This document shows positions 63,536 through 64,000 of a stretch of 64,000 nucleotides of DNA, one piece after another. The notes beneath the pieces were generated by a model. That model was given only the letters and a program-made list of their open reading frames with translations, was not told the DNA's origin and made no database searches. Each line of letters starts with the position of its first letter. Position 1 is the first letter of the stretch. The DNA comes from Octopus vulgaris. Its lineage: Eukaryota. The stretch covers positions 136,338,001-136,402,000 of the forward strand of contig OX597815.1 in NCBI GenBank assembly GCA_951406725.2. Reading direction: 5' to 3'. Made by a program: the position numbers and the translations under genes.

Positions 63536-64000
63536 GAGGATCAAACGCACCCAAGATGAGTGGATCAAACGCACCCAAGATGATTACAAAAATTTACAAG
63601 AACAGGTATGGGAAGACATCTCAATCGCCGATCTAAGGAGAGCACTAACGAAGTGGAAATCCCCTGGTATTGATAGAGTACCAAATTTCTAGCTCTCATC
63701 ACTCTCGTCCGCACACAAAATGTTAGTAATACTATTTAATAGTATTATGAAAGACCCGAAAAAAAACACCACATTGGATGGCAAATGGTATTACTTACCT
63801 CCTCCCCAAAAATAACAAAACGAAAGACCCAAAAAACTATCAGCCTATAACATGTTTATCTACTACCTATAAGATCTTGACATCTATTGTAGAGAAAACA
63901 TATACGTTTATGGAAGAGAATAACCTCTTTCCCACTGAACAAAAAGGATGCAGACGAGGCTCATACGGATGCAAAGATCAGCTCCTAATTAATCGCATGA
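63536..64000 (+). mobile_element. Another Dong-family copy, 5'-truncated, running off the window
   Basis: KWKSPGIDRVPNF*L, GITYLLPK, KNYQPITCLSTTYK and EQKGCRRGSYGCKDQLLIN. It begins right after the (AAT)n tail of copy 2. Confidence 0.92.

Overview
This is AT-rich, microsatellite-dense eukaryotic DNA. The SINE types and repeat landscape suggest a cephalopod such as Octopus, but that is inference. Most of the window is transposon-derived. The dominant signal is about 11 insertions of R4/Dong-clade non-LTR retrotransposons (RT + CCHC + restriction-like endonuclease) from several families, clustered in (AAT)n/(ATT)n tracts. Two are near-full-length ~4.8-5 kb copies (9597-14552, 58674-63449), and the second is one base short of an intact ~1270-aa ORF. 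Other elements are an L1/Tx1-like LINE, Penelope-like remnants, RTE and CR1 fragments, tRNA-derived SINEs with TSDs, a non-autonomous Helitron, and Tc1/mariner and Sola-like DNA transposon relics. A few candidate minus-strand exons suggest an unidentified host gene. The four most notable observations are: (1) a ~500-550 bp non-coding element, present twice with a shared 5' end, that carries the 3' UTR of one Dong family and uses the same (AAT)n target; (2) a ~325 bp foldback with a minimal type I hammerhead ribozyme on each strand, plus degenerate hammerhead-like motifs in (AT)n-flanked repeats; (3) a structured three-way junction at the apparent 5' end of a Dong copy; (4) a micro 5' inversion at the junction of the second Dong copy. 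No prokaryotic operon, CRISPR array, rRNA or genuine tRNA gene is supported.
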